A stretch of 64,000 nucleotides of DNA, taken from NCBI GenBank assembly GCA_027023445.1, contig JALVVK010000126.1:4740-68739 (forward strand), in the 5' to 3' direction. Every line of letters begins with the position of its first letter. Position 1 is the first letter of the stretch. The notes under the pieces were generated by a model. It was given only the letters and a program-made list of their open reading frames with translations, was not told the DNA's origin and searched no databases. The DNA comes from Deltaproteobacteria bacterium. Its GTDB lineage: Bacteria; Desulfobacterota; Dissulfuribacteria; Dissulfuribacterales; JALVPX01. The position numbers and the translations under genes are program-made. This document shows positions 25,695 through 36,069 of this stretch, piece by piece.

Positions 25695-28305
25695 AAACCT
25701 CGGCACGTTTATCAACGCCCTGCCGACCCCATGCGCCCTGCTGCTCTCCGGCAGGATCACGCATGCCAACAAGGCCTTCCATGGTCTTTTTAAGGCCAGG
25801 GGGGAACCCGATCTTATCAACCGCAGCGCCGTTGATCTGCTTCCGGATTTTACCCCCCAATATGTGTTGAAATTATTAAAAGACGGTCCTGACCCCGGCC
25901 ACCAGGTATCTGAATGGAAGACAGAGGGAGGACTTCCGCGTTCAGGTATATATGCCTGCAAGATGAGCTTTCATTCCCTGGACGCCGGATCCGGATGCGG
26001 GCAATGCCTCCTGTGGCATATTCAGGACCGCACCCACGATATCATCTCTGACCGATTCTCAACGGTGATATTCTGTTACCGCCATGACGATCCTTTATCA
26101 ACGACCTATCTGTCATCCCTGATAAAAAAGTGGACAGGATATGAGCCAAAAGACTTTTACCACGATGACGGGCTCTTTTCATTTCTTATTCATCCGGAAG
26201 ACAAAAAACGTGTACTGTCCACCCTTAAAAATGCCGCGAAAAAATCATCAGGGTTTGAAATCACCTACCGCCTATCCCACAGGGATGGCTCGTACCGCTG
26301 GATATGCCACAACGCCACGTTTAAAGACGCCGGTCCAAACAGCCCGGCTCATTTTTTCTGTTCCCTCAAGGACGTAACAGAAGAAAGAGAGGGAGAGCTT
26401 GCACTTGCCGAGGCCAGGGAAAGATACAGGCTGATCTTTCAAAAGGCCCCCATGGGTATCCTCTTCATCGACAGACAAGGTTATGTGGTAGACTGTAACC
26501 GTCAGCTTTGCGATCTGTTGGGGGTATCCAGGGCCTCTTTCCTGGGTCTTAACACCCTCACCACCCATAACCCGATACTGCGCACCATCTCAAGACACAT
26601 CCTCCGCGGGGTGGAGTATGACTACGAAGGCCCGTATCCAACAGGAGAATCCACAGGGGAAATACAGGTTTCCATATTATCCACCCCCCTTCTTGACGCA
26701 GGCAGATCGGTCCTCGGGGGTCTGTGCATCTTTCAGGATATCAGGAAACACCTGGCGCTGGAACGATACCTGCGCCAGGAAAGGGACTTCAGCCAGGCGG
26801 TGGTCGATTCCACGGGAATCGTTGTCATTGTCACTGACATAAACGCAAAGGTGCTCCGTATCAACCAGGCACTTTCAGATCTGACAGGTTATGAGGAAGA
26901 AGAAATACTGGACAGGCCCGTGTGGAACATGTTGATCCCGGAACGGGATTCACCCGCCTTCAGACATGAATTCCAGCATGCTCTCCTGGCTGGAAAATCC
27001 GGCCCGTTGGAGACCTCATGTATTACAAAAGACAGGGGGTTTAAAATCATGTCCTGGTCATTTGCCGTGCTCCCAGGCGCATCCCAGGGCCAGGACACGG
27101 TGGTCCTGACCGGACTTGACATAACCGCCCGCCATCAGCTGGAAGAACACCTGAGGAGGGGACAGAAGATGGAGGCCGTGGGCAGACTTGCCGGTGGAGT
27201 GGCCCACGAATTCAACAACCAGCTAACATCCATCCTGGGATACTGCCAGATCATACTCCAGGAAATAGATGAATCCAGCCCCATCTACAGAAAACTGAAA
27301 AAGGTCGAGAAGGCCGCGAGATGTTCGGCTGAAACCACCAGGCAACTCCTGGCCTTCAGCAAAAAACAGCATCTGTTTATGGAGCATACAGATCTTAACC
27401 CTGTAATCCAGGAGGGAGTGGAACTATTCAAACAATTTCTGGACGAAAACATACGCGTACGGATCAACCTTGCAGACCGCCCGCTCATGGTCAATATAGA
27501 CCGCACCCAGATCCAGCAGATCCTGCTGAACCTGGCCCTGAATGCCAGAGACGCCATGCCGCAGGAAGGCATATTAAAGATAGAGACATCAATGGTTTTC
27601 CTGGACAAAAAAGGGAAAAACTCCTCCATGCCGCTGCCCCCAGGTCCTTACGCCGCCTTCAGTATTGAAGACACGGGCATCGGCATGCCGCCTGAAATCA
27701 GGGAAAAGGCCTTTGATCCATTCTTTACCACAAAACCCGTAGGAAAAGGGGCAGGCCTTGGACTCGCCATGGTCTATGGAACCGTCAAACAATGCCGGGG
27801 CCATGTGATCATTGAAAGTAAAGAAAAAAAGGGTACCAGGGTGACCGTATTCCTCCCTCTGGCATCATCAAAGGAAGATATGGAGAAAAAACAGGACAGT
27901 ATCTCCTCCGGCCCGGAGCAACCCTGCCAGATACTCCTGGTGGAAGATGATGCACTCGCAAGGGATACGGTATCCGCAGTGTTGCGCAAATTAGGCTATG
28001 AAACCGTCTCCGTTGCATCTGCGGAAGAGGCCCTCCACCTTCTTCACCATGCGGCAAAACCTCCCGAGCTTATGCTCACAGATATTGTTCTGCCGGGGAT
28101 TAATGGCAGAGAATTGGCCCAAAAGGCCAGAGAAATATTACCTTCGCTCAATATAATATACATGTCAGGTTATCCCCGGGACATTCTCGATGTGGAGGAA
28201 GGCCCTGATACGGCAATTCCTCTTCTGATGAAGCCGTTTACCATTGAAAAACTCGCCCGCATACTTGTGGAGGTACTTGGGAAAAAGGCATCGGAGAAAA
28301 CTTAA
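25672..28305 (+). CDS. Multi-PAS hybrid sensor histidine kinase with C-terminal receiver
   Basis: The ORF is 877 aa with several PAS/PAC blocks. It has the H-box [12 protein letters not shown], the N-box [11 protein letters not shown] and the G-boxes DTGIGM / GAGLGL. A receiver follows (ILLVEDD...[13 protein letters not shown]...KPF). Confidence 0.9.
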   Translation: MTSVPVPENLGTFINALPTPCALLLSGRITHANKAFHGLFKARGEPDLINRSAVDLLPDFTPQYVLKLLKDGPDPGHQVSEWKTEGGLPRSGIYACKMSFHSLDAGSGCGQCLLWHIQDRTHDIISDRFSTVIFCYRHDDPLSTTYLSSLIKKWTGYEPKDFYHDDGLFSFLIHPEDKKRVLSTLKNAAKKSSGFEITYRLSHRDGSYRWICHNATFKDAGPNSPAHFFCSLKDVTEEREGELALAEARERYRLIFQKAPMGILFIDRQGYVVDCNRQLCDLLGVSRASFLGLNTLTTHNPILRTISRHILRGVEYDYEGPYPTGESTGEIQVSILSTPLLDAGRSVLGGLCIFQDIRKHLALERYLRQERDFSQAVVDSTGIVVIVTDINAKVLRINQALSDLTGYEEEEILDRPVWNMLIPERDSPAFRHEFQHALLAGKSGPLETSCITKDRGFKIMSWSFAVLPGASQGQDTVVLTGLDITARHQLEEHLRRGQKMEAVGRLAGGVAHEFNNQLTSILGYCQIILQEIDESSPIYRKLKKVEKAARCSAETTRQLLAFSKKQHLFMEHTDLNPVIQEGVELFKQFLDENIRVRINLADRPLMVNIDRTQIQQILLNLALNARDAMPQEGILKIETSMVFLDKKGKNSSMPLPPGPYAAFSIEDTGIGMPPEIREKAFDPFFTTKPVGKGAGLGLAMVYGTVKQCRGHVIIESKEKKGTRVTVFLPLASSKEDMEKKQDSISSGPEQPCQILLVEDDALARDTVSAVLRKLGYETVSVASAEEALHLLHHAAKPPELMLTDIVLPGINGRELAQKAREILPSLNIIYMSGYPRDILDVEEGPDTAIPLLMKPFTIEKLARILVEVLGKKASEKT

Positions 28306-28465
28306 CCTGTTGAATCAACGGGTAATTTTCACAACAACGATAGAATAATATGCCCAAGGCAGTTGATAAAATAACCAGCCACTGCCATTGCGGTTGCGCA
28401 CAAGGACCAACTTGACAGGAAGATTGTTTTGACCTTAAAAACCTACACAAAAATTACTCCAAGAG

Positions 28466-30394
28466 TTGAGCCAGAAAAGGAGAAGTCTGCAAGTGAGTGA
28501 AAATTTTGATTCCAAGATCCAAGCCCTTACCAAAATCACGGAAAAGGTAACGCCTCCCCGCAGAATCACAGAGGAGGCGTTTATTAAGGATTACGACTCG
28601 GTTTATGCCTACTCCATAAGGGATCCTGAGGGTTTCTGGGGACAAATAGCCAGGGAACTGGAATGGTTCAGTCCTTGGACAAGGGTAAGGGAGATAGATT
28701 TTCCTTATCACAAATGGTTTGTGGGCGGCAAAACAAATATTACGCTGAATGCCCTGGACAGGCATGCTGAGTCGTGGCGCAGGAACAAGGTGGCGTTCAT
28801 CTGGCTCTCGGAGGAGGGAGAAGAGCTAACGGCCACCTATGGCCAACTCAGGGACAGGGTGAACCAGTTTGCCAATGCCCTCAAGGCAAAGGGCATAAAA
28901 AAGGGGGACCGGGTCATCATATACATGCCGCTTACCATTGAAGGCGCCATAGCCATGCTTGCCTGCGCCAGGATAGGAGCCATACATTCAGTGGTATACG
29001 CCGGCATGGGTGCAGGTGCCCTGCGTTCAAGGATCGAGGACTCCAGGGCCAGGGCCGTCATATGCGCTGACGTGGGGTACAGGCGCGGCAAGGTGGTACG
29101 TCTCAAGGCCACAGTGGATGACGCGCTTAAAGACATCGAGTATGTGGAAAGCGTGATAGTTCTCAGACGCCAGGCTCCAAAAATAGAACTGAGCGAATGG
29201 GAGGATGATTTCTGGGAAATTCTAAACGCCCAGAGCCATCACTGTTCCCCTGAAATAATGGATTCAGAAGATCCGCTTTTCATTCTTTATACATCGGGCA
29301 CCACGGGCAGGCCCAAGGGTGTAGTCCATGTCCATGGTGGATTTATGGTGGGCACCTACTACCTGACCAAGGCCTTTTTTGACGTAAAAGACAGGGATAT
29401 TTACTGGTCCACCTCTGACATCGGGTGGATAGTCGGCCATTCATATATAGTCTACGGGCCCCTTGTGGCTGGAGCCACGGTACTTATCCGGGAAGGAGCC
29501 CCTGATTATCCGCATCCTGGCATAATCTGGGAAAAGGTCCAGAAATACGGTGTCTCCGTAATATTCACGGCACCCACCGCGCTGCGTATGTTCATGCGCT
29601 TTGGAAAGGAACACATAGAAAAATTCGACCGCTCTTCCCTGCGTATCATTGCCTGCGCAGGCGAGCCCCTCAACCCAGAAGCATGGCATTTTGCCCAGGA
29701 AGTCATACTCGACAACAATGGCCATTGTATAGACAATTTCTGGCAGACAGAAGTGGCCTCTCCGATTCTGGGCACCATGCCAACAATGATCAACAAACCC
29801 GGACGTTGCGGCAAACCCATGCCAGGGGTAGTGGCAGACGTGGTGGATGAAAATGGATCTCCCATAGAGGCCGGACGGGGAGGCAACCTGATCCTGAGAC
29901 AGCCCCTACCCTACATGATGCGTACAATATATGGCGATCCCAAAAGATATGAGGAAGTCTGGAATATCATTCCCGGATGTTACTTTACGGGAGACGTGGC
30001 GGTGTGCGATGAGGACGGCTATTTCTCAGTGTTAGGCCGCTCTGATGACGTACTCAATGTCGCAGGCCACAGGATAGGAACCGCTGATCTGGAAAACGCC
30101 CTGGTCAGCCATCCGGCAGTGGCGGAAGCCGCGGCTATAGGCCTGCCTGACCCTGTAAAGGGGGAAAACATAAAGGTTTTCGTGGTATTAATAGCGGGGA
30201 AAAAAGCATCTGAAGGGCTCAGAAAGACCATAATCCAACATGTCCGTCACGAACTTGGCCCCATTGCCACGCCTGGTGAGGTGAAATTTGTGGATAAGCT
30301 GCCCAAAACCCGTTCTGGAAAGATTATGAGAAGACTCTTAAAGGCGCAGGAACTGGGTCAGGAACTTGGTGATACCTCCACCCTTGAGGATTAA
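28466..30394 (+). CDS. acs: Acetyl-CoA synthetase (acetate--CoA ligase family, AMP-forming)
   Basis: The ORF is 642 aa. It has the AMP-binding motif ILYTSGTTGRPKGV. It also shows YWSTSDIGWIVGHSY, FTGD...DGYFSVLGRSDDVLNVAGHRIGTAD and the C-terminal PKTRSGKIMRR. Confidence 0.9.
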   Translation: MSQKRRSLQVSENFDSKIQALTKITEKVTPPRRITEEAFIKDYDSVYAYSIRDPEGFWGQIARELEWFSPWTRVREIDFPYHKWFVGGKTNITLNALDRHAESWRRNKVAFIWLSEEGEELTATYGQLRDRVNQFANALKAKGIKKGDRVIIYMPLTIEGAIAMLACARIGAIHSVVYAGMGAGALRSRIEDSRARAVICADVGYRRGKVVRLKATVDDALKDIEYVESVIVLRRQAPKIELSEWEDDFWEILNAQSHHCSPEIMDSEDPLFILYTSGTTGRPKGVVHVHGGFMVGTYYLTKAFFDVKDRDIYWSTSDIGWIVGHSYIVYGPLVAGATVLIREGAPDYPHPGIIWEKVQKYGVSVIFTAPTALRMFMRFGKEHIEKFDRSSLRIIACAGEPLNPEAWHFAQEVILDNNGHCIDNFWQTEVASPILGTMPTMINKPGRCGKPMPGVVADVVDENGSPIEAGRGGNLILRQPLPYMMRTIYGDPKRYEEVWNIIPGCYFTGDVAVCDEDGYFSVLGRSDDVLNVAGHRIGTADLENALVSHPAVAEAAAIGLPDPVKGENIKVFVVLIAGKKASEGLRKTIIQHVRHELGPIATPGEVKFVDKLPKTRSGKIMRRLLKAQELGQELGDTSTLED

Positions 30395-30453
30395 ATCCAG
30401 GGGTTGGATGGTACCGCGCGGTTCTCTTGACCGGCACCTGATGTTTCAGAAAA

Positions 30454-30478
30454 CGGAGGCATATCGTGTATGCCTCCG
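30454..30478. terminator. Bidirectional stem-loop terminator between convergent acs and ompA-like genes
   Basis: The arms cggaggcata (30454-30463) and tatgcctccg (30469-30478) form a perfect 10-bp stem with a 5-nt loop. The flanks are U-rich to A-rich. Confidence 0.6.
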
Positions 30479-30494
30479 CAGGGTGTTTTCCTGT

Positions 30495-31142
30495 TCACAT
30501 CGGCTCTATAAAGACCTCGACCCGCCGGTTCAGCTGGCGGCCCTGGGGCGTATCGTTTCCTGCCCTGGGTCTGCTTTCACCATAGCCTATGGCCGTAATC
30601 CTCTGAGGGGAGACTCCCCTGGCAATCAGAAGTCTCTTTACCGCATCGGCCCTTTCCTGGGAAAGGCGCAGATTGTATGCCTCGCTTCCCGTGCTGTCCG
30701 TATAGCCCTCAATCCGTATCCTTGTATCTGGGAAACGGGTCAGCACTCTTGCCATTCTGTCTATTTCTGAATACGCCCCTGGATGCAAGACGCTTGAATT
30801 CACATCAAAAAGGAAATCTCCTTTAAAGGTCACCGCGAGGATATCACCTTCACGTTGTATGGATGCGGCCTGGGAGGCTGCCATCGCCTGTCTCAGGGCC
30901 TCTTCCTGCTGGTCCATGTATCTGCCCACACCGGCGCCGGTCAATCCGCCTATGGCCGCCCCTATGGCTGCGCCCTCAAGTGTGCCCTTTGTATCGTGAC
31001 CTATGGCCTGCCCCACCAAGGCACCCACAGCAGCACCGGCTGCGGTTCCATACACGGCACCCTTCTGTGTGCGCGTCTGAGGGGGGGCGCAGGCTGCCAT
31101 TACCATAAGCAGCAAACAGGCAAACAGACTCATCTTTTTCAT
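30495..31142 (-). CDS. OmpA-family lipoprotein with a glycine-zipper region
   Basis: I set the start at the ATG at 31142 (MKKMSLFACLLLMVMAAC lipobox). A Gly-zipper follows (GAAVGALVGQAIG...GAAIGAAIGGLTGAGVG). The C-terminus is an OmpA-like domain (IRIEGYTDSTGSEAYNLRLSQERADAV...NRRVEVFI). Confidence 0.88.
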   Translation of the reverse strand: MKKMSLFACLLLMVMAACAPPQTRTQKGAVYGTAAGAAVGALVGQAIGHDTKGTLEGAAIGAAIGGLTGAGVGRYMDQQEEALRQAMAASQAASIQREGDILAVTFKGDFLFDVNSSVLHPGAYSEIDRMARVLTRFPDTRIRIEGYTDSTGSEAYNLRLSQERADAVKRLLIARGVSPQRITAIGYGESRPRAGNDTPQGRQLNRRVEVFIEPM

Positions 31143-31576
31143 AATCCAAATACCTCCTGGCGGTTTGCTGGAGAATAACTGTAGCAGATTATATACCACG
31201 CGGATGCAACATCAAGTGAATACTACTCTTGGGAACGACCGCCCCCTGAACCTGCCAGCATAAGGGTCGTTAATTATGATACTTATTGGCCTTGGACTCT
31301 GAAATAGCAAAAACAGGGGTCTACACTGAACATCTTGGTCTTTGCCTGGGGTAAAACTATATAACCGGTTCAGAAACAACGGCTCTGGTAACGACAAAAA
31401 TGTCGAAGCCAGGATACCATTGTCGAAATCAAATACCAGTAATCCTGTATCCAGCAATCCACACCAGACATCACAGGCATTGAAGTTTTGCAAAGATACA
31501 AGACGGATGAGACACAACTTGAGGAAACAGCTCAAAGCTGAAAGCTCAAGGTTTAAAGTAAAAGATTAAAAATCTG

Positions 31577-31701
31577 TACCGTGAAAACAGCTCATAGCTC
31601 ATGGTTTAAAAAATTGGGTGATTTTTGTGACTGTCACCTATGAGCCATGAACCAACTTTCATGCTCCGGGGGGCGAAGCACCACCTGGCATGAAAGTTGG
31701 T
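31577..31701 (+). repeat. Structured 125-bp intergenic repeat, copy 1
   Basis: It is identical to 31847-31971 at 123 of 125 positions. It contains a perfect 14-bp inverted repeat, accaactttcatgc / gcatgaaagttggt (31651-31664 / 31688-31701), around a 23-nt G-rich loop. It also carries gctcatag / ctatgagc complementarity. Confidence 0.9.
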
Positions 31702-31846
31702 GAACGAAACACCTGGCAGAATTAAGAACAACTGTTTAATTATTCAATTAAAATCGTTTTCTCGTGCATTTGAAATACATAATCCGGGATAATATATGCG
31801 ATGATTGATGGAAAACGGAAAAAACGGCACGCATTTTGACTATTTT

Positions 31847-31971
31847 TACCGTGAAAACAGCTCATAGCTCATGGTTTAAGAAATTGGGTGATTTTTGTGA
31901 CTATCACCTATGAGCCATGAACCAACTTTCATGCTCCGGGGGGCGAAGCACCACCTGGCATGAAAGTTGGT
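31847..31971 (+). repeat. Structured 125-bp intergenic repeat, copy 2 (ends 20 nt before the start codon of the 31992 gene)
   Basis: It matches copy 1 at 123 of 125 positions, offset by exactly 270 bp. Its 3' arm reads CTGGCATGAAAGTTGGT, which resembles a -24/-12 element. Confidence 0.9.
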
Positions 31972-31991
31972 TTATACTAAAATAAGGATGG

Positions 31992-32411
31992 TTGAAAGTG
32001 GCATACCGAAAGACACAAATAACAGGAATAATCACCTGTCTTATGTTATTGATAACAGGCGTAGCTCACGCCTCAGACACCATAGTCGGCACAGTGACCT
32101 CGGTTAATCTGGACCAGAAACGGTTAGGCATTGAGGTTATCCGGACGGATTCAAAAAAATTTCCTGCGGGAACCATTATTTACCTGGAGGCGACTGACAT
32201 CGGGCAGATCAAAAAGGGCCAGGCTGTCAGGGCTACCGTATCCTGCACAAGAGGAAAAAATATCTGCAGGGTAAAGGAAATCAACCTGCTTAAAAGATGC
32301 TGGTGTAAAGACAGAACAGGTGTCAGATACCGTCTTAACAGGGCCTGGCATCACAGAAGATGGTCTGGCCGCCATATCCGCAGCTGTCCTAGGTGGCACC
32401 GTGGCCGATAG
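31992..32411 (+). CDS. Small secreted protein, first gene of the HK/sigma-54 RR operon
   Basis: The ORF is 139 aa with a TTG start after AAGGATGG. It has a signal peptide (ITCLMLLITGVAHA-SD). The last roughly 35 aa are Arg/Trp/His-rich and overlap the kinase ORF out of frame, so the true C-terminus is uncertain. Confidence 0.5.
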   Translation: MKVAYRKTQITGIITCLMLLITGVAHASDTIVGTVTSVNLDQKRLGIEVIRTDSKKFPAGTIIYLEATDIGQIKKGQAVRATVSCTRGKNICRVKEINLLKRCWCKDRTGVRYRLNRAWHHRRWSGRHIRSCPRWHRGR

Positions 32412-33990
32412 AGACACAGGGACAAAATCTTTCCCAAGGCTCGCCTCCTGGCAGGGGAACGCCCTGGTCTTCGGAATCCTTTTTCTCGTGGTAGTCGCCT
32501 ACTTCATGTTCCAGGTACAGAATGCCCACAGGATGTTTATCAAGGATGCGGAAAACCATGCCAGACTCGTTGCAGATATTATCCGGGTCCATGCAAGGGG
32601 CACTGTACTCTCGGAACAGATTATCCGGACCACACTCAAGACCTTTCTGGGTAACACCACAAGATTTGTGAAATATCTGAATGCCATTGAACCCTTTGAC
32701 TCCGATGAGCTCACCGCCTTTGCCAAGGAATCAGGACTCGCGGGCATCAGTATTTTTTACCCGGACGGCACGGCAATTCACGGGCCCAGGGGATGGCTTG
32801 ACGGTATAAAGATAAAAGATTTAAAGGGCAACCGCCTGCTTCATTTTCCTGACAGGCATCTCATAGTCCTTGCAAGCCCGCTCAACACGGGGAAAGGATA
32901 CGTGGCGGCAGGTATCAGGGCGGAAAAAACAGAACTACTGCAAAAAGAAATCGGGCTGCCACAGACATTCAGGGCCATGGAACAGATCGAGGGAATCCGG
33001 TATATCCGGCTGGACAAGAATATTAAAAATCCGGCTGCCGCACACAGATCCATGCCTGGCAGGATAAAGATCATAAAATCCGGTAAGGATCTTGTGGCAG
33101 AGATCAAAATGCCCCTTGATATCGGGTTACTCACAGTGGGGCTTGATGCCCAGCCGCTTGAAAAAATCAGGAGAGACCTGTGGAGGGACTTTATTATATT
33201 CAGCATCCTGCTGGCAATTCTGGGTTCCACGCTGTCCTGGTTCCTCTACAGACATCAGGCAAGATATGTCAACCAGGTAAAGGAATATGAAAGACAGATT
33301 TCCAGGCAGAGGGAAGAGGCATCCCTTGGCCGGGCAGCGGCATCCATCGCCCACGAGATAAGGAATCCTTTAAACGCCATGGCCATGGGGCTTCAACGCC
33401 TGAAGATAGAGGCAACATGTCTTTCCGGAGAGCAGAAAAGGCTCATTGACATCGTTCTTGACTCCCTTAAACGGACAAACGGAATCGTAACCGGACTTCT
33501 CCGGTATGCTGGCATGTCTGAACCCTCGCTCAAACTGGGACAGGTTGATCTAATGGCCATGATCTCAGACGCCGTGACGCTTTACGAAAAACAGATGGAA
33601 CAGGCTGGAATACGGCTTGAAATGGACCTGGATTCCGGCAGACCCGTCACGGCAGATCCCGACCTTCTATCCCAGGTACTGGACAACCTGCTCCGAAACG
33701 CCATGGAGGCGCAGCCCCGGGGGGGATTCATACACATCTCCCTGAAGGCACGTCCTGAAACAATGGTTCTTACCATGAGAAACGGGGGCCATGTTCCACG
33801 CCCCGACCAGGCCGGGCAGCTTCTTGAGCCGTATTTTACCACGAAAACCCGGGGAACCGGCCTTGGCCTTGCCGTGTCAAACAGAATAGTACGGGCCCAT
33901 GGAGGCAAAATCACGCTCAACCTTCGAAAGGATGTATTCGAGGTAAAGGTGGAGCTCCCCCTGAACGGCCAGCACAGCAGGAAAGGATAA
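32320..33990 (+). CDS. Membrane sensor histidine kinase
   Basis: It has two TM segments flanking a roughly 230-aa extracytoplasmic domain. It has the H-box AASIAHEIRNPLNAM, the N-box DNLLRNAMEA and the G-box GTGLGLAV. The start is either the GTG at 32320 or the GTG at 32401 (after AGGTGG). Confidence 0.88.
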   Translation: MSDTVLTGPGITEDGLAAISAAVLGGTVADRDTGTKSFPRLASWQGNALVFGILFLVVVAYFMFQVQNAHRMFIKDAENHARLVADIIRVHARGTVLSEQIIRTTLKTFLGNTTRFVKYLNAIEPFDSDELTAFAKESGLAGISIFYPDGTAIHGPRGWLDGIKIKDLKGNRLLHFPDRHLIVLASPLNTGKGYVAAGIRAEKTELLQKEIGLPQTFRAMEQIEGIRYIRLDKNIKNPAAAHRSMPGRIKIIKSGKDLVAEIKMPLDIGLLTVGLDAQPLEKIRRDLWRDFIIFSILLAILGSTLSWFLYRHQARYVNQVKEYERQISRQREEASLGRAAASIAHEIRNPLNAMAMGLQRLKIEATCLSGEQKRLIDIVLDSLKRTNGIVTGLLRYAGMSEPSLKLGQVDLMAMISDAVTLYEKQMEQAGIRLEMDLDSGRPVTADPDLLSQVLDNLLRNAMEAQPRGGFIHISLKARPETMVLTMRNGGHVPRPDQAGQLLEPYFTTKTRGTGLGLAVSNRIVRAHGGKITLNLRKDVFEVKVELPLNGQHSRKG

Positions 33991-33992
33991 AC

Positions 33993-35324
33993 ATGAAGAT
34001 ACTCATTGTGGATGACGAACCGGACCAGAGAGAACTTCTCAAGGGTTTTCTTGAAAACCAGGGATATGATGTCCTTTGCGCGGCAGACGGCCGGGAGGCC
34101 ATCTCCCTGTTCAGGAAGGAACCCATACAGGTCGTTCTGCTGGACCAGAGGATGCCAGACATGAACGGGGAAGAAGTCCTTGAAAAAATAAAGGAGATAA
34201 ACCCCCTTGTCAGGGCAATGATGATCACTGCCTATGGGGCGGTAAACACAGCGGTAAATGTTATGAAGCTCGGGGCGGACGATTTCCTGGAAAAACCTGT
34301 GGATCTTTCCGTTCTGCTTGAAAAAATCCAGACACTTGAACAGAAAATCTCGGTTGAAGAAGACGTTAACGAGGTGGAGGACTCGGTATCCCTTTCCTCT
34401 CTTCCTATAAATATCGTGGCGGAAAGTCCTGAGATGAAGGAAGTACTGTCCATGGCGCGGCGCGTGGCTGACACGCCTTGGAGCGTACTGATCAGGGGTG
34501 AGACGGGCACAGGCAAGGAACTTATGGCGAGACTTATTCACCTTTTGAGCCCGCGAAGTGACGGTCCCTTCGTGGAGGTCAACTGTGCCGCGATCCCTGA
34601 AAATCTCTTTGAAAGCGAGCTGTTCGGTCATGAAAAAGGGGCGTTCACAGGCGCTGTTTCACGAAGGAGGGGAAAATTTGAAATGGCCCGGGAGGGTACC
34701 CTTTTCCTTGATGAAATCGGGGAACTCCCACCCGCGTTACAGCCGAAACTTCTGAGGGCGCTTCAGGAGAAAAAAATCTGCCGCGTTGGCAGTGAAAAGG
34801 ACCTGGAAACAGACGTAAGGGTAATTGCCGCCACCAACAGGGACCTCAAAAAACTCGCGGAAAAAGGCTCCTTCAGGGAGGATCTGTATTACAGGCTGAA
34901 CGTGTTCGAAATAGACATCCCCCCCCTGCGCAACCGGAAACAGGATATCCCGGCCCTGGTCAAATTCTTCATGGAACGCTACAGCACCAGACCAATGGAG
35001 TTATCGCCGGAGGCCATGGACATACTCATCAAGTATCCCCTTCCAGGCAACGTAAGGGAGCTTGAACACATCGTGCAGCGGGCGGTAACCCTTTCCAGGG
35101 GACGTGTCATAAAACCCATGGACCTGCCTCCTGAAATACGGCATTACCAGGCCATATCCACCGGCACCCTTAATGAAAGGCTGGAAGCAGTGGAAAGGGA
35201 AACCATCCTTTCAGCCCTGGAGAAGGCAGGCGGAGTCCAGACCGCTGCCGCCCGTATGCTGGGAATAAGCGAACGGGTCCTGAGATACAAAATGGCAAAA
35301 CACGGCATCAGGAGAATTCGCTGA
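33993..35324 (+). CDS. Sigma-54-dependent response regulator (NtrC/AtoC family)
   Basis: It has a receiver domain (ILIVDDEP...[10 protein letters not shown]) and an AAA+ domain with GETGTGKE and GAFTGA. It ends in a C-terminal HTH ([16 protein letters not shown]). It starts 2 nt after the kinase stop. Confidence 0.93.
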   Translation: MKILIVDDEPDQRELLKGFLENQGYDVLCAADGREAISLFRKEPIQVVLLDQRMPDMNGEEVLEKIKEINPLVRAMMITAYGAVNTAVNVMKLGADDFLEKPVDLSVLLEKIQTLEQKISVEEDVNEVEDSVSLSSLPINIVAESPEMKEVLSMARRVADTPWSVLIRGETGTGKELMARLIHLLSPRSDGPFVEVNCAAIPENLFESELFGHEKGAFTGAVSRRRGKFEMAREGTLFLDEIGELPPALQPKLLRALQEKKICRVGSEKDLETDVRVIAATNRDLKKLAEKGSFREDLYYRLNVFEIDIPPLRNRKQDIPALVKFFMERYSTRPMELSPEAMDILIKYPLPGNVRELEHIVQRAVTLSRGRVIKPMDLPPEIRHYQAISTGTLNERLEAVERETILSALEKAGGVQTAAARMLGISERVLRYKMAKHGIRRIR

Positions 35325-36000
35325 GCCTGACCATCGCCTCTGCCAGGGCCAGATCATCCTGTGTGGTGATCTTGAAATTACGGGAATTTCCCTGGACAAC
35401 CCCGACAGGTACGCCCATCGCTTCAAGCAGGCCCGCCTCATCCGTTGCCCGGATATCTTTTTCGTCTGCCAGCTCATAGGCGGAAAGCAGATCCAATCTC
35501 TTGCAGACCTGCGGTGTCTGGGCGAGGAACAGGCGTGTCCTCTCCAATGTGCGGAGGACAAGGCCATCGTCATAAACCTCCTTGACCGTGTCCCTTACCC
35601 TGATCCCGGGTATAGCGGCCCCCACCTCCTGCGCCATGAGGCACACGGCCTCTATGAGATCAGGGCTGACCATGGGCCTTGCGGCATCATGGACAGCCAC
35701 CCACTCGTTGGCAGAGGAAACGGCATCAAGCCCCGCCCTTACGGATTCCTGCCGTGTGGCGCCTCCTTGCACAACCCTTACGGGTTTGTCCGCGACCCAG
35801 CGTTGCGCGAGCTCAGCAACCCTATCTTCATCTCCAGCTGGAGACACGGCTATTATTTCATTAACCATGGGGGAACGGGAAAATGCCCCAAGGCTCCAGG
35901 CAATAACCGGCCTGTCTGAAAGCTGCGTAAACTGTTTGGGAATGTTACCGCCAAAGCGGGTTCCACTTCCGCCGGCAGCTATAATGGCTGACACCTTCAT
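35308..36000 (-). CDS. ispD: 2-C-methyl-D-erythritol 4-phosphate cytidylyltransferase
   Basis: The ORF is 230 aa. The sequence AIIAAGGSGTRFGGNIPKQF...VHDAARP...TPQ is a classic IspD signature. Its 3' end overlaps the convergent regulator gene by 17 nt. Confidence 0.92.
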   Translation of the reverse strand: MKVSAIIAAGGSGTRFGGNIPKQFTQLSDRPVIAWSLGAFSRSPMVNEIIAVSPAGDEDRVAELAQRWVADKPVRVVQGGATRQESVRAGLDAVSSANEWVAVHDAARPMVSPDLIEAVCLMAQEVGAAIPGIRVRDTVKEVYDDGLVLRTLERTRLFLAQTPQVCKRLDLLSAYELADEKDIRATDEAGLLEAMGVPVGVVQGNSRNFKITTQDDLALAEAMVRLSEFS

Positions 36001-36069
36001 ATAATCAAATCCTGTACGCGATCTAAAAGACTTTCATGCCAGGAAGTACCTCACACACCTGATACAGGA

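Noticed and set aside
31212-31569. ORFs at 31212-31535 (-) and 31342-31569 (+) upstream of the repeat pair.
   Set aside because: They are mutually overlapping, show no family resemblance and have odd composition. The region is more likely promoter or enhancer DNA for the divergent ompA-like and two-component genes.
31639-31692. 17-codon micro-ORF (MSHEPTFMLRGAKHHLA) inside each 125-bp repeat, considered as an annotated CDS.
   Set aside because: It is too short and has no Shine-Dalgarno sequence. It coincides with a strong hairpin, and the third copy lacks the ATG. I keep it only as a hypothesis under the findings.
31685-31701. CTGGCATGAAAGTTGGT in the repeats, considered as a bona fide sigma-54 promoter feature.
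   Set aside because: The -12 element is TTGG rather than the near-invariant TTGC, and the site is half of a perfect inverted repeat. I mention it as a possibility but do not call it.
31577-31971. Possible CRISPR array (direct repeats with a spacer).
   Set aside because: There are only two units of 125 bp with a 145-bp spacer, and no cas genes. The repeat length is far outside the CRISPR range. The heptamer array at 36070-36174 has no spacers at all.
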